A stretch of 32,000 nt of DNA from Cupriavidus necator (GTDB lineage Bacteria; Pseudomonadota; Gammaproteobacteria; Burkholderiales; Burkholderiaceae): NCBI RefSeq assembly GCF_016127575.1, contig NZ_CP066018.1, positions 4,017,937 through 4,049,936 on the forward strand, given 5' to 3'. Position numbers and translations under genes: made by a program. Of this stretch, positions 1 through 7,437 are shown in pieces (position 1 is the stretch's first letter; each line of letters opens with the position of its first letter). The notes below the pieces were generated by a model. It was not told the origin of the DNA, searched no databases, and worked only from the letters and a program-made list of their open reading frames with translations.

Positions 1-1272
1 CCGCGCCACGCGCTGCGCGATCGAAATGCCGAGGCCGTGGCCCTGCTCGCGCTGCCCCGATCCGCCACGGAAGAAGCGATCGCCCAGCCGCGCCAGCACG
101 TCAGGCGCGACGCCCGGGCCCTGGTCGAGCACCGTGACGCTGTCGGGCCGGAAATCGATGGTCACCAGCGCGCCCGGCGGGCTGTAGCGGATGGCGTTGT
201 CGAGCAGGTTGCGCAGCAGCAGCGACAGCAGGTTGGCGTCACCCGCCACCGGCAATGGCGCCTGCCCTTCCGGGGGCCACTCCAGCTCGACGTCGACCTG
301 CTTCCGCTGCGCCAGAGCCAGGCAGTCCGACAGCGCCTGCTGCGCCACCGGGATCCAGTTGACCGGCTGGCGTGACGGCAGGCCGGCAGCATCTTCCAGC
401 CGGCTCAGCGTCAGCAGCTGCGACACCAGCCGGCTGATGCGGTCGATGCCGGTGGCCACGTTGGCGCGTGCCTGCGCGCGCTCGGCGTCATCGGCCGAAC
501 GCTCGGCGATTTCCCACTGCGCCTTCAGCGCGGCCAACGGCGTGCGCATCTCATGGGCAGCATCGGCGGTGAGGCGCCGTTCATGCTCGATCGAATCCGA
601 CACGCGCGCCAGCAGGCGGTTCATGGCGTGCACCAGCGGCACCAGTTCGCCCGGCACTGCCTGCAGGCTGAGCGGCCGGCGGTCTTGGGGGGCGCGGCCT
701 TCAATATCGGTCGACAACGCGCGCACCGGCGCCATCGCGCGCCGCATGAACCAGATCAACAGGCCGATCAGCACCGGCAGGCCTGCGGCCCACGGCAGCA
801 CCTGCGCGGCGATATAGGACAGGATCAGCTCATTGCGCTCGGCCAGTTGCTGGCCCACGCAGACGCGCCAGCCCGTGTCGGGATCATCGAGGTAGTAAAG
901 CCGCCAGGACTGCTTGTCGATGGTGACGTCGGTAAAGCCCTTCACTCCTGGCGCACGCGGCAGCAGGTCGCCCTCGGGATCGATATGCAAGGGCTTGCCG
1001 TCCGGCAGCCAGGCGGCGATGGCGAGATCGCCCAGGCCCGCATCGCCCTGGTCGCCCTCGACCAGCTCTGGCAGCCGGGTGCGCGACGGCGCCGCGGCGA
1101 CATCCACCAGCGGCACCACCGAATGCATCTGCAGCGCCATGCGCACCATGTCGGTGTCATAGAGTTCATTGATCTCGTGCCGGGCGCGCACGTAGGTCAT
1201 GCCGATGGTCAGCAGCCACACCACCGGCGCGGCGATCAGCACCGCAAGGATGAGCCGGCGCTGCAACGTCAT
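1..1272 (-). CDS. Sensor histidine kinase, PmrB/BasS/QseC-like (partial; C-terminus runs off the left window edge)
   Basis: The minus-strand frame is open from ATG (1272-1270, ATGA overlap with the regulator stop) to position 1. It is absent from the ORF track because there is no in-window stop. My translation starts MTLQRRLILAVLIAAPVVWLL (TM) and has a second TM, LPWAAGLPVLIGLLIWF. It contains an H-box ADAAHEMRTPLAALK and an N-box LLRNLLDNAIRYSP. Confidence 0.85.
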   Translation of the reverse strand, partial: MTLQRRLILAVLIAAPVVWLLTIGMTYVRARHEINELYDTDMVRMALQMHSVVPLVDVAAAPSRTRLPELVEGDQGDAGLGDLAIAAWLPDGKPLHIDPEGDLLPRAPGVKGFTDVTIDKQSWRLYYLDDPDTGWRVCVGQQLAERNELILSYIAAQVLPWAAGLPVLIGLLIWFMRRAMAPVRALSTDIEGRAPQDRRPLSLQAVPGELVPLVHAMNRLLARVSDSIEHERRLTADAAHEMRTPLAALKAQWEIAERSADDAERAQARANVATGIDRISRLVSQLLTLSRLEDAAGLPSRQPVNWIPVAQQALSDCLALAQRKQVDVELEWPPEGQAPLPVAGDANLLSLLLRNLLDNAIRYSPPGALVTIDFRPDSVTVLDQGPGVAPDVLARLGDRFFRGGSGQREQGHGLGISIAQRVAR

Positions 1273-1940
1273 GTGCAATCCTCGGCCGCGCCCAGCGTGT
1301 AGCCGGCGCCGCGGAAGGTGCGCACGATCTTCGGATGGATCTTGCGGCGCAGGTGGTGGATATGGACTTCCAGCGCGTTGCTTTCAACGCCGCCCTGCCA
1401 GTCGTAGAGCTTGTCGCGCAGGAAGTCGCGCGTCAGCAGCCGGTTGGGGTGCGCCAGCAGCAGCTCCAGCAGCATGGCTTCGCGGCTGGTCAGCTCCAGG
1501 GGCTTGCCCTGCCAGTACGCCTGGCGCGCGGCCGGATGGAATTCCAGCGCGCCGTGCTTCCACACTGGAGACGACAGGCCCGCGGCGCGGCGGGTCACGG
1601 CACGCAGCCGGGCCGCCAGCTCATCGAGCGCGATCGGCTTGACCAGGTAGTCGTCGGCACCGGCGTCAAGGCCGCCGATGCGGCTGTCGATCGCATCGCG
1701 CGCGGTCAGCACGATCACCGGGATGCGGCTGCCGCGCGCACGCCAGCGCGCGAGCAGCGACATGCCGTCTTCCCCTGGCAGGCCCAGGTCCAGCACCACG
1801 GCATCGTAGTGGACCACGCCGAGCGCATGGTCGGCTTCGGTGCCGGTGCTGAACCAGTCGACCGCATAGTCGAGCAGCTGCAGGCCGCGCCGCAGCCCGT
1901 CACCCAGCATCGGGGCGTCTTCAACAATAAGGATTCTCAT
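1269..1940 (-). CDS. OmpR/PhoB-family response regulator, PmrA/BasR/QseB-like
   Basis: 223-aa ORF starting MRILIVEDAPMLGDGL. It has a receiver domain (VVLDLGLP, LTARD, DDYLVKP) and a winged-helix output domain (LEVHIHHLRRKI...VRGAGY). By eye it is nearly colinear with E. coli BasR. Confidence 0.95.
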   Translation of the reverse strand: MRILIVEDAPMLGDGLRRGLQLLDYAVDWFSTGTEADHALGVVHYDAVVLDLGLPGEDGMSLLARWRARGSRIPVIVLTARDAIDSRIGGLDAGADDYLVKPIALDELAARLRAVTRRAAGLSSPVWKHGALEFHPAARQAYWQGKPLELTSREAMLLELLLAHPNRLLTRDFLRDKLYDWQGGVESNALEVHIHHLRRKIHPKIVRTFRGAGYTLGAAEDCT

Positions 1941-1985
1941 TTTCTCGGGTGACCCGGACGTATCACGGTATTGTGCGCGCCCCGC

Positions 1986-2018
1986 CTTAATGTGCCATTA
2001 AGGTTCGCGAACTATCCT
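1986..2018. promoter_or_regulatory. PmrA-box-like site (CTTAAT-N5-ATTAAG) plus a -10-like TATCCT in the divergent regulator/arnT intergenic region
   Basis: CTTAAT lies at 1986-1991, the spacer gtgcc at 1992-1996 and ATTAAG at 1997-2002. This is part of the 8-bp inverted repeat ccttaatg/cattaagg at 1985-2003. TATCCT lies at 2013-2018. The enterobacterial PmrA box is YTTAAK-N5-YTTAAK. Confidence 0.4.
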
Positions 2019-2156
2019 GCGCTCACTTTGCAGGCGCCCCGCTGTTCAACGCGGCGCGGGCCGCCAGCGTGGACATGGCCTTGCCGCCGAGCGCCTGCAC
2101 GCCGCCACGCGCGCCACCACCCACCCTTCCCTTTCACGCCGAGCCGTTTGCGCATC

Positions 2157-3908
2157 ATGCACCGTTCCGACCGCCTCGCCGCCGAGCCTGGGCTCATCAG
2201 CGCCCGGCCCGCCGCGCCGTGGCATGCCACGCGGCTGGCGGGCGTGCCCGCGGTGACGCTCGGGCTGGTGGTGCTGGCGTTCGCGCTGCTTTGGTTCGGC
2301 ACGCTGGGCGTGCGCCACCTGCTCGGGCCCGACGAGGGCCGCTATGCCGAGATCGCCCGCGAGATGCTGAGCACGGGCGACTGGGTCACGATCCGCTACA
2401 ACGGGCTGAAGTACTTCGAGAAGCCGCCGTTCCATATGTGGGCCACGGCGGTGTCGTACGCGCTGTTCGGCATCGGCGACTGGCAGGCGCGGCTGTGCGT
2501 GGCGCTGGCCGGCATCGCCGGGCTGGGAATATCGATGCTGGCCGCGGCGCGCTGGTTCGGCGCGCGTGCGGGCTTGCTGGCCGGACTGGTGCTGGCAAGC
2601 GCGCCCATGTGGAACCTCGCCGCGCACTTCAATACGCTGGACATGACGCTGTCCGGCAGCATGGCCTGCGTGCTCGCGTGCATGCTGCTGGCCCAGCATC
2701 CGCACGCCACGGCGCCGGCACGCCGCCGCTGGATGCTGGCGTGCTGGGCGGCCATGGGCGTGGCGGTGCTGACCAAGGGGCTGGTCGGGCTGGCGCTGCC
2801 GGGACTGGTGCTGGTGGTGTACACCTGCGTGACGCGCGACCTCGCACGGTGGCGCCGCCTGCATGCGCCGGCCGGCATCGCCCTGATGCTGCTGGTGGCG
2901 ATGCCTTGGTACTGGCTGGTGGCGCGGCGCAATCCGGAATTCCTGCGCTTTTTCTTTATCCACGAGCACTGGCAGCGATACACCTCGACCGTGCATGCGC
3001 GCAAGGGCGGGCTGTGGTACTTCGTGCCGCTGCTGGTGGGCGGCTTCCTGCCGTGGCTCGGGCTGGTTCCCGGCATGGTCCGCGCGGTCGGGCAGCGTAC
3101 CGGCGTGGTTGCCGCGGGTGGGTCCAGGCCGTTCCAGCCTGCGCTGATGGCAGGGCTGTGGGCGGTGTCGATCTTCGTGTTCTTCAGCCTGTCGGGCTCG
3201 AAGCTGCCCGGCTACATCCTGCCGCTGTTTCCCGCACTGGCGATCCTGGCGGGCGCAGCGCTGGCGCGGACCGGTGACCAACCCTGGCGCAGGCAGCTGT
3301 GCGCCATGCTGGCGGTGGGCGCGATCGGCCTGCTGGCAAGCCCGGTCGTGGCCACGCTGGATTCCAACAACACCCCCAACGCGCTGTACCGCGCGTATGC
3401 CGCATGGGTGGCGCTGGCATTCGCGCTGGTGATTACCAGCGCCGCCATCGGGCTGTGGCTGCTGCGGCGGCATGGCCGCCTGGCCAGCATCACGGCCTAT
3501 GCATTCGGCATGCTGCTGGCATTCTCCACCGCATTGCTGGGCCATGAAGCGATCGGCCGCTCCGCCTCGGGCATCGACATGGTGGCGCCGATCGAACGCG
3601 TGCTGCGCCCCGGCATGCCGCTCTACGGCGTCGGCATGCTCGACCATACCCTGCCCTTCTACCTGCGCCATCCGCTCACCATGGTGGCGCAGGCCGACGA
3701 GCTCGCGTTCGGCGCCGGACAGGAGCCGCAGAAGTGGCTGCCGACCCTCGATGCCTTCGTCGATGCCTGGCAGCATGGCCCGCGTGCCATCGCGCTGCTC
3801 TCGCCGCAGGCATTCTCTGAACTGAGCGCGCGCGTGCCGATGCATGTCGTCGCGCGCGACTGGCGGCGCGTGGCCGTCGCCAACTTCCCCCTCGCCGGCG
3901 CGCGCTAG
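2157..3908 (+). CDS. arnT: ArnT-type (GT83) undecaprenyl-phosphate-sugar:lipid A / glycan glycosyltransferase
   Basis: The track ORF is 1971..3908, but its first 62 aa are Arg/Pro-rich read-through. ATG 2157 (MHRSDRL) is the first sensible start. GPDEGRYAEIAREMLSTGDWVTIRYNGLKYFEKPPF, LTKGLVGLALPG and RRNPEFLRFFFIHEHWQRY match E. coli ArnT motifs (DETRYAEISREMLASGDW..RYFEKP, MTKGFLALAVP, REPNFWHYFFWVEHIQRF). The protein is polytopic. Confidence 0.85.
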   Translation: MHRSDRLAAEPGLISARPAAPWHATRLAGVPAVTLGLVVLAFALLWFGTLGVRHLLGPDEGRYAEIAREMLSTGDWVTIRYNGLKYFEKPPFHMWATAVSYALFGIGDWQARLCVALAGIAGLGISMLAAARWFGARAGLLAGLVLASAPMWNLAAHFNTLDMTLSGSMACVLACMLLAQHPHATAPARRRWMLACWAAMGVAVLTKGLVGLALPGLVLVVYTCVTRDLARWRRLHAPAGIALMLLVAMPWYWLVARRNPEFLRFFFIHEHWQRYTSTVHARKGGLWYFVPLLVGGFLPWLGLVPGMVRAVGQRTGVVAAGGSRPFQPALMAGLWAVSIFVFFSLSGSKLPGYILPLFPALAILAGAALARTGDQPWRRQLCAMLAVGAIGLLASPVVATLDSNNTPNALYRAYAAWVALAFALVITSAAIGLWLLRRHGRLASITAYAFGMLLAFSTALLGHEAIGRSASGIDMVAPIERVLRPGMPLYGVGMLDHTLPFYLRHPLTMVAQADELAFGAGQEPQKWLPTLDAFVDAWQHGPRAIALLSPQAFSELSARVPMHVVARDWRRVAVANFPLAGAR

Positions 3909-3952
3909 CCGCGCCGGCGCCTCCCGATTTCCCCTGCCATTCGTCAAATCCA

Positions 3953-5008
3953 ATGCAAGGCAAGAAAGTACTGATCCTCGGCGTCAACGGCTTTATCGGC
4001 CATCACCTGACGCGCCGCATCCTGGAAACCACGCCGTGGGAGGTCTACGGCATGGACATGTCGTCGGACCGTCTCGGCGACCTCGTCGACCACCCGCGCA
4101 TGCACTTCTTCGAGGGTGACATCACCATCAACAAGGAGTGGATCGAGTACAACATCCGCAAGTGCGATGTGGTGCTGCCGCTGGTGGCCATCGCCACCCC
4201 GGCCACCTACGTGCGCCAGCCGCTGCGCGTGTTCGAGCTGGACTTCGAGGCCAACCTGCCGATCGTGCGCGCCGCGGTCAAGTACGGCAAGCACCTGGTG
4301 TTCCCGTCGACCTCCGAGGTCTACGGCATGTGCAGCGATGAAGAGTTCGACCCCGAGGCCTCGCCGCTGGTCTACGGCCCGATCAACAAGCCGCGCTGGA
4401 TCTATGCCTGCTCCAAGCAGCTGATGGACCGCGTGATCCACGCCTACGGCATGGAGCAAGGCCTGAACTACACCCTGTTCCGTCCATTCAACTGGATTGG
4501 CGCGGGGCTGGATTCGATCTTCGAATCGAAGGAAGGCTCGTCGCGCGTGGTGACGCAGTTCCTCGGCCATATCGTGCGCGGCGAGCCGATCAAGCTGGTC
4601 GACGGCGGCGCCCAGCAGCGCGCCTTTGCCGATATCGCCGACGGCATCGACGCGCTGATGCGCATCATCGCGAATCCAAACGGCGTGGCCAGCGGCAAGA
4701 TCTACAACATCGGCAACCCGGGCAATATCCACTCGGTGCGCGAGCTGGCCGAGATGATGCTGAAGATGGCGGCGGACTATCCGGAATACGCGGAGGAAGC
4801 GCGCAAGACGCAGATCATCGAGACCTCCTCGGGCGACTTCTACGGCAAGGGCTACCAGGACGTGCAGCACCGCGTGCCGAAGATCGGCAACACCGTCGAC
4901 GAGCTGGGGTGGGAACCGAGGATAGGGATGGAGGCGTCGCTGCGGCGGATCTTCGAGGCGTATCGCACGCACGTGACGGAGGCAAGGACGTTGGTGAACC
5001 AGGGATGA
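3953..5008 (+). CDS. Stand-alone ArnA C-terminal-domain-like UDP-glucuronate decarboxylase (UDP-4-keto-pentose / UDP-xylose synthase type, extended SDR)
   Basis: 351 aa. It has a Rossmann motif (KVLILGVNGFIGHHL), the motifs FPSTSEVYG and YACSKQ (YxxxK), and is colinear with the ArnA decarboxylase domain (RVLILGVNGFIGNHL...). No N-terminal formyltransferase domain is present. Confidence 0.9.
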   Translation: MQGKKVLILGVNGFIGHHLTRRILETTPWEVYGMDMSSDRLGDLVDHPRMHFFEGDITINKEWIEYNIRKCDVVLPLVAIATPATYVRQPLRVFELDFEANLPIVRAAVKYGKHLVFPSTSEVYGMCSDEEFDPEASPLVYGPINKPRWIYACSKQLMDRVIHAYGMEQGLNYTLFRPFNWIGAGLDSIFESKEGSSRVVTQFLGHIVRGEPIKLVDGGAQQRAFADIADGIDALMRIIANPNGVASGKIYNIGNPGNIHSVRELAEMMLKMAADYPEYAEEARKTQIIETSSGDFYGKGYQDVQHRVPKIGNTVDELGWEPRIGMEASLRRIFEAYRTHVTEARTLVNQG

Positions 5009-5046
5009 GTTTCGACACGTGTCGCAGGCCCGAGGCACTTGCCTGA

Positions 5047-5090
5047 CCGTGAGTGCTCCCTCTCCCGCAAGCGGGAGAGGGAGCACTCAC
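5047..5090. terminator. Perfect 20-bp stem / 4-nt loop palindrome (REP-like) between the convergent decarboxylase and hsp20 genes; likely bidirectional terminator
   Basis: cgtgagtgctccctctcccg (5047-5066), caag (5067-5070), cgggagagggagcactcacg (5071-5090). The core ccctctcccgcaagcgggagaggg recurs at 14544-14567. There is no U-tract. Confidence 0.55.
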
Positions 5091-5124
5091 GCAGCGTGCC
5101 CAAGCACCAGGCACGCGCGCAGCC

Positions 5125-5550
5125 TCAGCCGGCCGACACCTCGATCCGCCGCGGCCTCGCTTCTTCCCTGCGCGGGATCGTAAGCTTCAGCACGCCGTCC
5201 TGCAGGTTGGCTTCGATACGCGAAGCGTCGAGATCCGGGCTGAGCGTAAACGTCCGCGCATAGCGAGGCTGCCGAATCTCGGCAAGCTGCACGCGCAGGC
5301 TCGCGGGCGTCGGCACGACGGCTTCGCCTTCGATGCGCAGGCTGCTGTCGTGCACGTTGACCTCGAGGTTCTCGCGCGGCACGCCGGGCAAATCCGCCCA
5401 CAGCGTGACCCCGGCGGGAGTCTCGTAGATATCGACCGCGGGCACCAGCGTCATGGCCTGGGTTTCCGCGCGGCGTTGCGCGACAGCGCCCTGGTCACCC
5501 TGGCCGCTTGTGTTCTGGTCGCGCTGGACGACCTGGTTCGAATCGCTCAT
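5125..5550 (-). CDS. Hsp20/alpha-crystallin family small heat-shock protein (distal gene of pair)
   Basis: 141 aa. The alpha-crystallin domain reads VDIYETPAGVTLWADLPGV...LEVNVHDSSLRIEGE...RTFTLSPDLDASRIEANLQDGVLKLTIPR. An RBS GAGGAGAAAG lies in the 15-nt gap to the upstream gene. Confidence 0.9.
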   Translation of the reverse strand: MSDSNQVVQRDQNTSGQGDQGAVAQRRAETQAMTLVPAVDIYETPAGVTLWADLPGVPRENLEVNVHDSSLRIEGEAVVPTPASLRVQLAEIRQPRYARTFTLSPDLDASRIEANLQDGVLKLTIPRREEARPRRIEVSAG

Positions 5551-5565
5551 GGCTTTCTCCTCACG

Positions 5566-6006
5566 TTAGCTGACGGTGATCGCGCGCGGACGCGACGCTT
5601 CGCGCTTGCCTACGCTGATCGACAGGCAGCCGTTGGTATAGCGTGCCTGCACCTTGTCGGGATCAGCCGACTGCGGCAATTCGATCACGCGGCGGAAGCT
5701 GCCGAAGAAGCGCTCCTGCGCATAGGGCCGCACCTCGGCTGCGCCTTCCGGCTGCACCTGGGCACGCTCGCCGCTGATGGTCAGCAGGCCCTTGTCGATC
5801 GATACCTCGAGCTGGTCCGTCTTGATGCCGGGTGCGAATACCACGATCTCGATCGAGTCATCGGTCGTGCCGATATTCAGCGGAGGGAACCCCCCGAAAC
5901 GCCCGGAGCGCAGGCTGGTTGGAAACCCGCCGAAGAGATTCGCCATCTGCCGTTGCATCCGGTCGAATTCACTGAACGGGTCGGTCCCGAAAAAGAAGTC
6001 ACTCAT
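5566..6006 (-). CDS. Hsp20/alpha-crystallin family small heat-shock protein (proximal gene of pair)
   Basis: 146 aa: PPLNIGTTDDSIEIVVFAPGI...LEVSIDKGLLTISGER...FRRVIELPQSADPDKVQARYTNGCLSISVGK. A strong SD AAGGAGG lies 8 nt upstream of the ATG. Confidence 0.9.
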   Translation of the reverse strand: MSDFFFGTDPFSEFDRMQRQMANLFGGFPTSLRSGRFGGFPPLNIGTTDDSIEIVVFAPGIKTDQLEVSIDKGLLTISGERAQVQPEGAAEVRPYAQERFFGSFRRVIELPQSADPDKVQARYTNGCLSISVGKREASRPRAITVS

Positions 6007-6010
6007 GGTT

Positions 6011-6047
6011 AGATCCTCCTTCTATGCAGCGGGGAGGCGCAGGACCC
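6011..6047 (-). promoter_or_regulatory. Candidate SD-sequestering structure (possible RNA thermometer) in the hsp20 5' UTR
   Basis: mRNA sense: GGGUCCUGCGCCUCCCCGCUGCAUAGAAGGAGGAUCU. CCUCC (plus 6033-6037) can pair with the SD GGAGG (plus 6015-6019). GGGU can extend the pairing onto AUCU. Folded by eye only. Confidence 0.3.
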
Positions 6048-6134
6048 TGATGTAGTGCACCTGGTCTCCTGCCAGGCCGCTGCAAACCAACGGAAAACAC
6101 GCAGTGCCGCGTTGCCGCGACGACTGGGCAATCC

Positions 6135-6167
6135 ATAATTAGTGCTGTCCCGCGCGGATTTCAAGGG
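6135..6167 (-). promoter_or_regulatory. Sigma32 (RpoH)-like heat-shock promoter for the hsp20 pair
   Basis: The minus strand reads CCCTTGAA-ATCCGCGCGGGACAGCA-CTAATTAT. The -35 matches the RpoH consensus CCCTTGAA exactly. The -10 is only a partial match to CCCCATNT/CYTATNT with a 17-nt spacer. This implies a ~120-nt leader. Confidence 0.4.
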
Positions 6168-6233
6168 GGGCGGATAGCGGGAAAATCGGACGCTGGCAGG
6201 TATCGGCCGCGTCACAGCCATCGGTTCGGGATT

Positions 6234-7313
6234 TCAGGCGCCAGCGCGGTCGAAGCCGGCCTTGCGCGCCAGCACGATCGCCTGCGCGCGGTTTTCCACT
6301 TCCAGCTTGGCGAAGATGCTGGTGATGTGGTTGCGCACGGTCTTCTCGCACAGGTCCAGGTGCGCGGCGATCTGGGCGTTGTCGCGGCCCTGCGCGATCA
6401 GTTCGACGATATCGCGCTCGCGCCGGGTCAGTGCACTGAAGGCGGGATCTCGCACCGGTTCCGTGGCCGGCAGGAAGGCGCGCACCTCGTCCAGCCAGCG
6501 CAGCCATGCGGGCTCGGTTTCCAGCAACAGGTGATTGCCGCTTTCCAGCGGCACGAAGCGCGCGCCGGGAATCTCGCTGGCGATCAGGCGTCCTTCGTCG
6601 AACGGCACACGCGCATCGCGCACCGCGTGCAGCACCAGTGTCGGGCACGATACCCGCGGCAGCAGCTTCACCACGTCGATCTCATTGAAGACGCGCATGA
6701 AGCGTGCGGCATTCAGCGGCGAGGTAGAGACCCGCTCAAGCTCGTTGAACCATGCATGCTGCTCGGCCGTGCCGCCGGGGATGAACTGGGTGGTAAAGAA
6801 CTGGCGGAAGGCCGGATTCTCCTGGCCCCAGCCAAGCTCGGCGAGCTTGTTCATCAGCTCGGCCTCTTCCAGCAGACGCTGGCTCAGGTTGTCGCGCTTC
6901 AGGCGCCCGCGCGCGTAACCGCCGTGCAGCACCAGGTGGCTGACCCGTTCGGGATGCGCGACCGCGTAGGCGACGGCAATCGATGCGCCCTGCGAGATAC
7001 CGAGCAGCGGAAAATGGTTGACCCCGGTGGCGTCGACGATGGTCTCCAGGTCGCGCAGCCAAGCATCGAAGGACAGGTCCTCGATCTCCCGGTCAGAGAG
7101 CCCGCAGCCGCGTTCGTCATAGCGGATCAGCGTATGCGTGGCGGACAGCGCCGTGATCATGTGGCTCCACACCGGGCTGCCCACGTCGAACTCCAGGTGG
7201 CTCATCCAGTTGGCCGCCTTGACCAGCGGCGCACCGCAGCCCGTGATGGCGTACGCAAGGCGAACGCCATCACGGCTGGTGCACAGGCGGAGCTGCTGCT
7301 TGAACATCGGCAT
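6234..7313 (-). CDS. Alpha/beta-hydrolase domain fused to a C-terminal LuxR/GerE HTH (one-component transcriptional regulator)
   Basis: The N-terminal hydrolase fold has an intact candidate triad: GISQG nucleophile elbow, Asp in HAVRDARVP and His in ESGNHLLL. The C-terminal LTRRERDIVELIAQGRDNAQIAAHLDLCEKTVRNHITSIFAKLEV is a LuxR-type HTH. The start is uncertain: ATG 7313 (MPMFKQQ) is preferred over 7370, and neither has a clear SD. Confidence 0.85.
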   Translation of the reverse strand: MPMFKQQLRLCTSRDGVRLAYAITGCGAPLVKAANWMSHLEFDVGSPVWSHMITALSATHTLIRYDERGCGLSDREIEDLSFDAWLRDLETIVDATGVNHFPLLGISQGASIAVAYAVAHPERVSHLVLHGGYARGRLKRDNLSQRLLEEAELMNKLAELGWGQENPAFRQFFTTQFIPGGTAEQHAWFNELERVSTSPLNAARFMRVFNEIDVVKLLPRVSCPTLVLHAVRDARVPFDEGRLIASEIPGARFVPLESGNHLLLETEPAWLRWLDEVRAFLPATEPVRDPAFSALTRRERDIVELIAQGRDNAQIAAHLDLCEKTVRNHITSIFAKLEVENRAQAIVLARKAGFDRAGA

Positions 7314-7437
7314 GTCGGGGCCGCGCGGCACTGGGACGGCCGGCCGGCAGCCGCGGGCCGCGGCCGCCATGCGGGCGCACCGCGTGACTTCCCTAGCTTA
7401 GGCAAAGGATGGGCGGCGCAAAAGCGCCGTCGATCGC

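Noticed and set aside
1971-2156. N-terminal 62-aa extension of arnT as drawn in the ORF track
   Set aside because: The extension would begin inside the regulatory inverted repeat region and is Arg/Pro-rich without TM or signal features. ATG 2157 gives an ArnT-like N-terminus.
2046-3953. 635-aa minus-strand ORF opposite arnT
   Set aside because: It is a shadow ORF with Arg/Gln/His/Pro-rich composition and no motifs. The plus-strand frame carries clear ArnT motifs.
5053-6012. 319-aa plus-strand ORF covering both hsp20 genes
   Set aside because: It starts inside the REP palindrome and is antisense to two clear alpha-crystallin genes. Its composition is junk-like.
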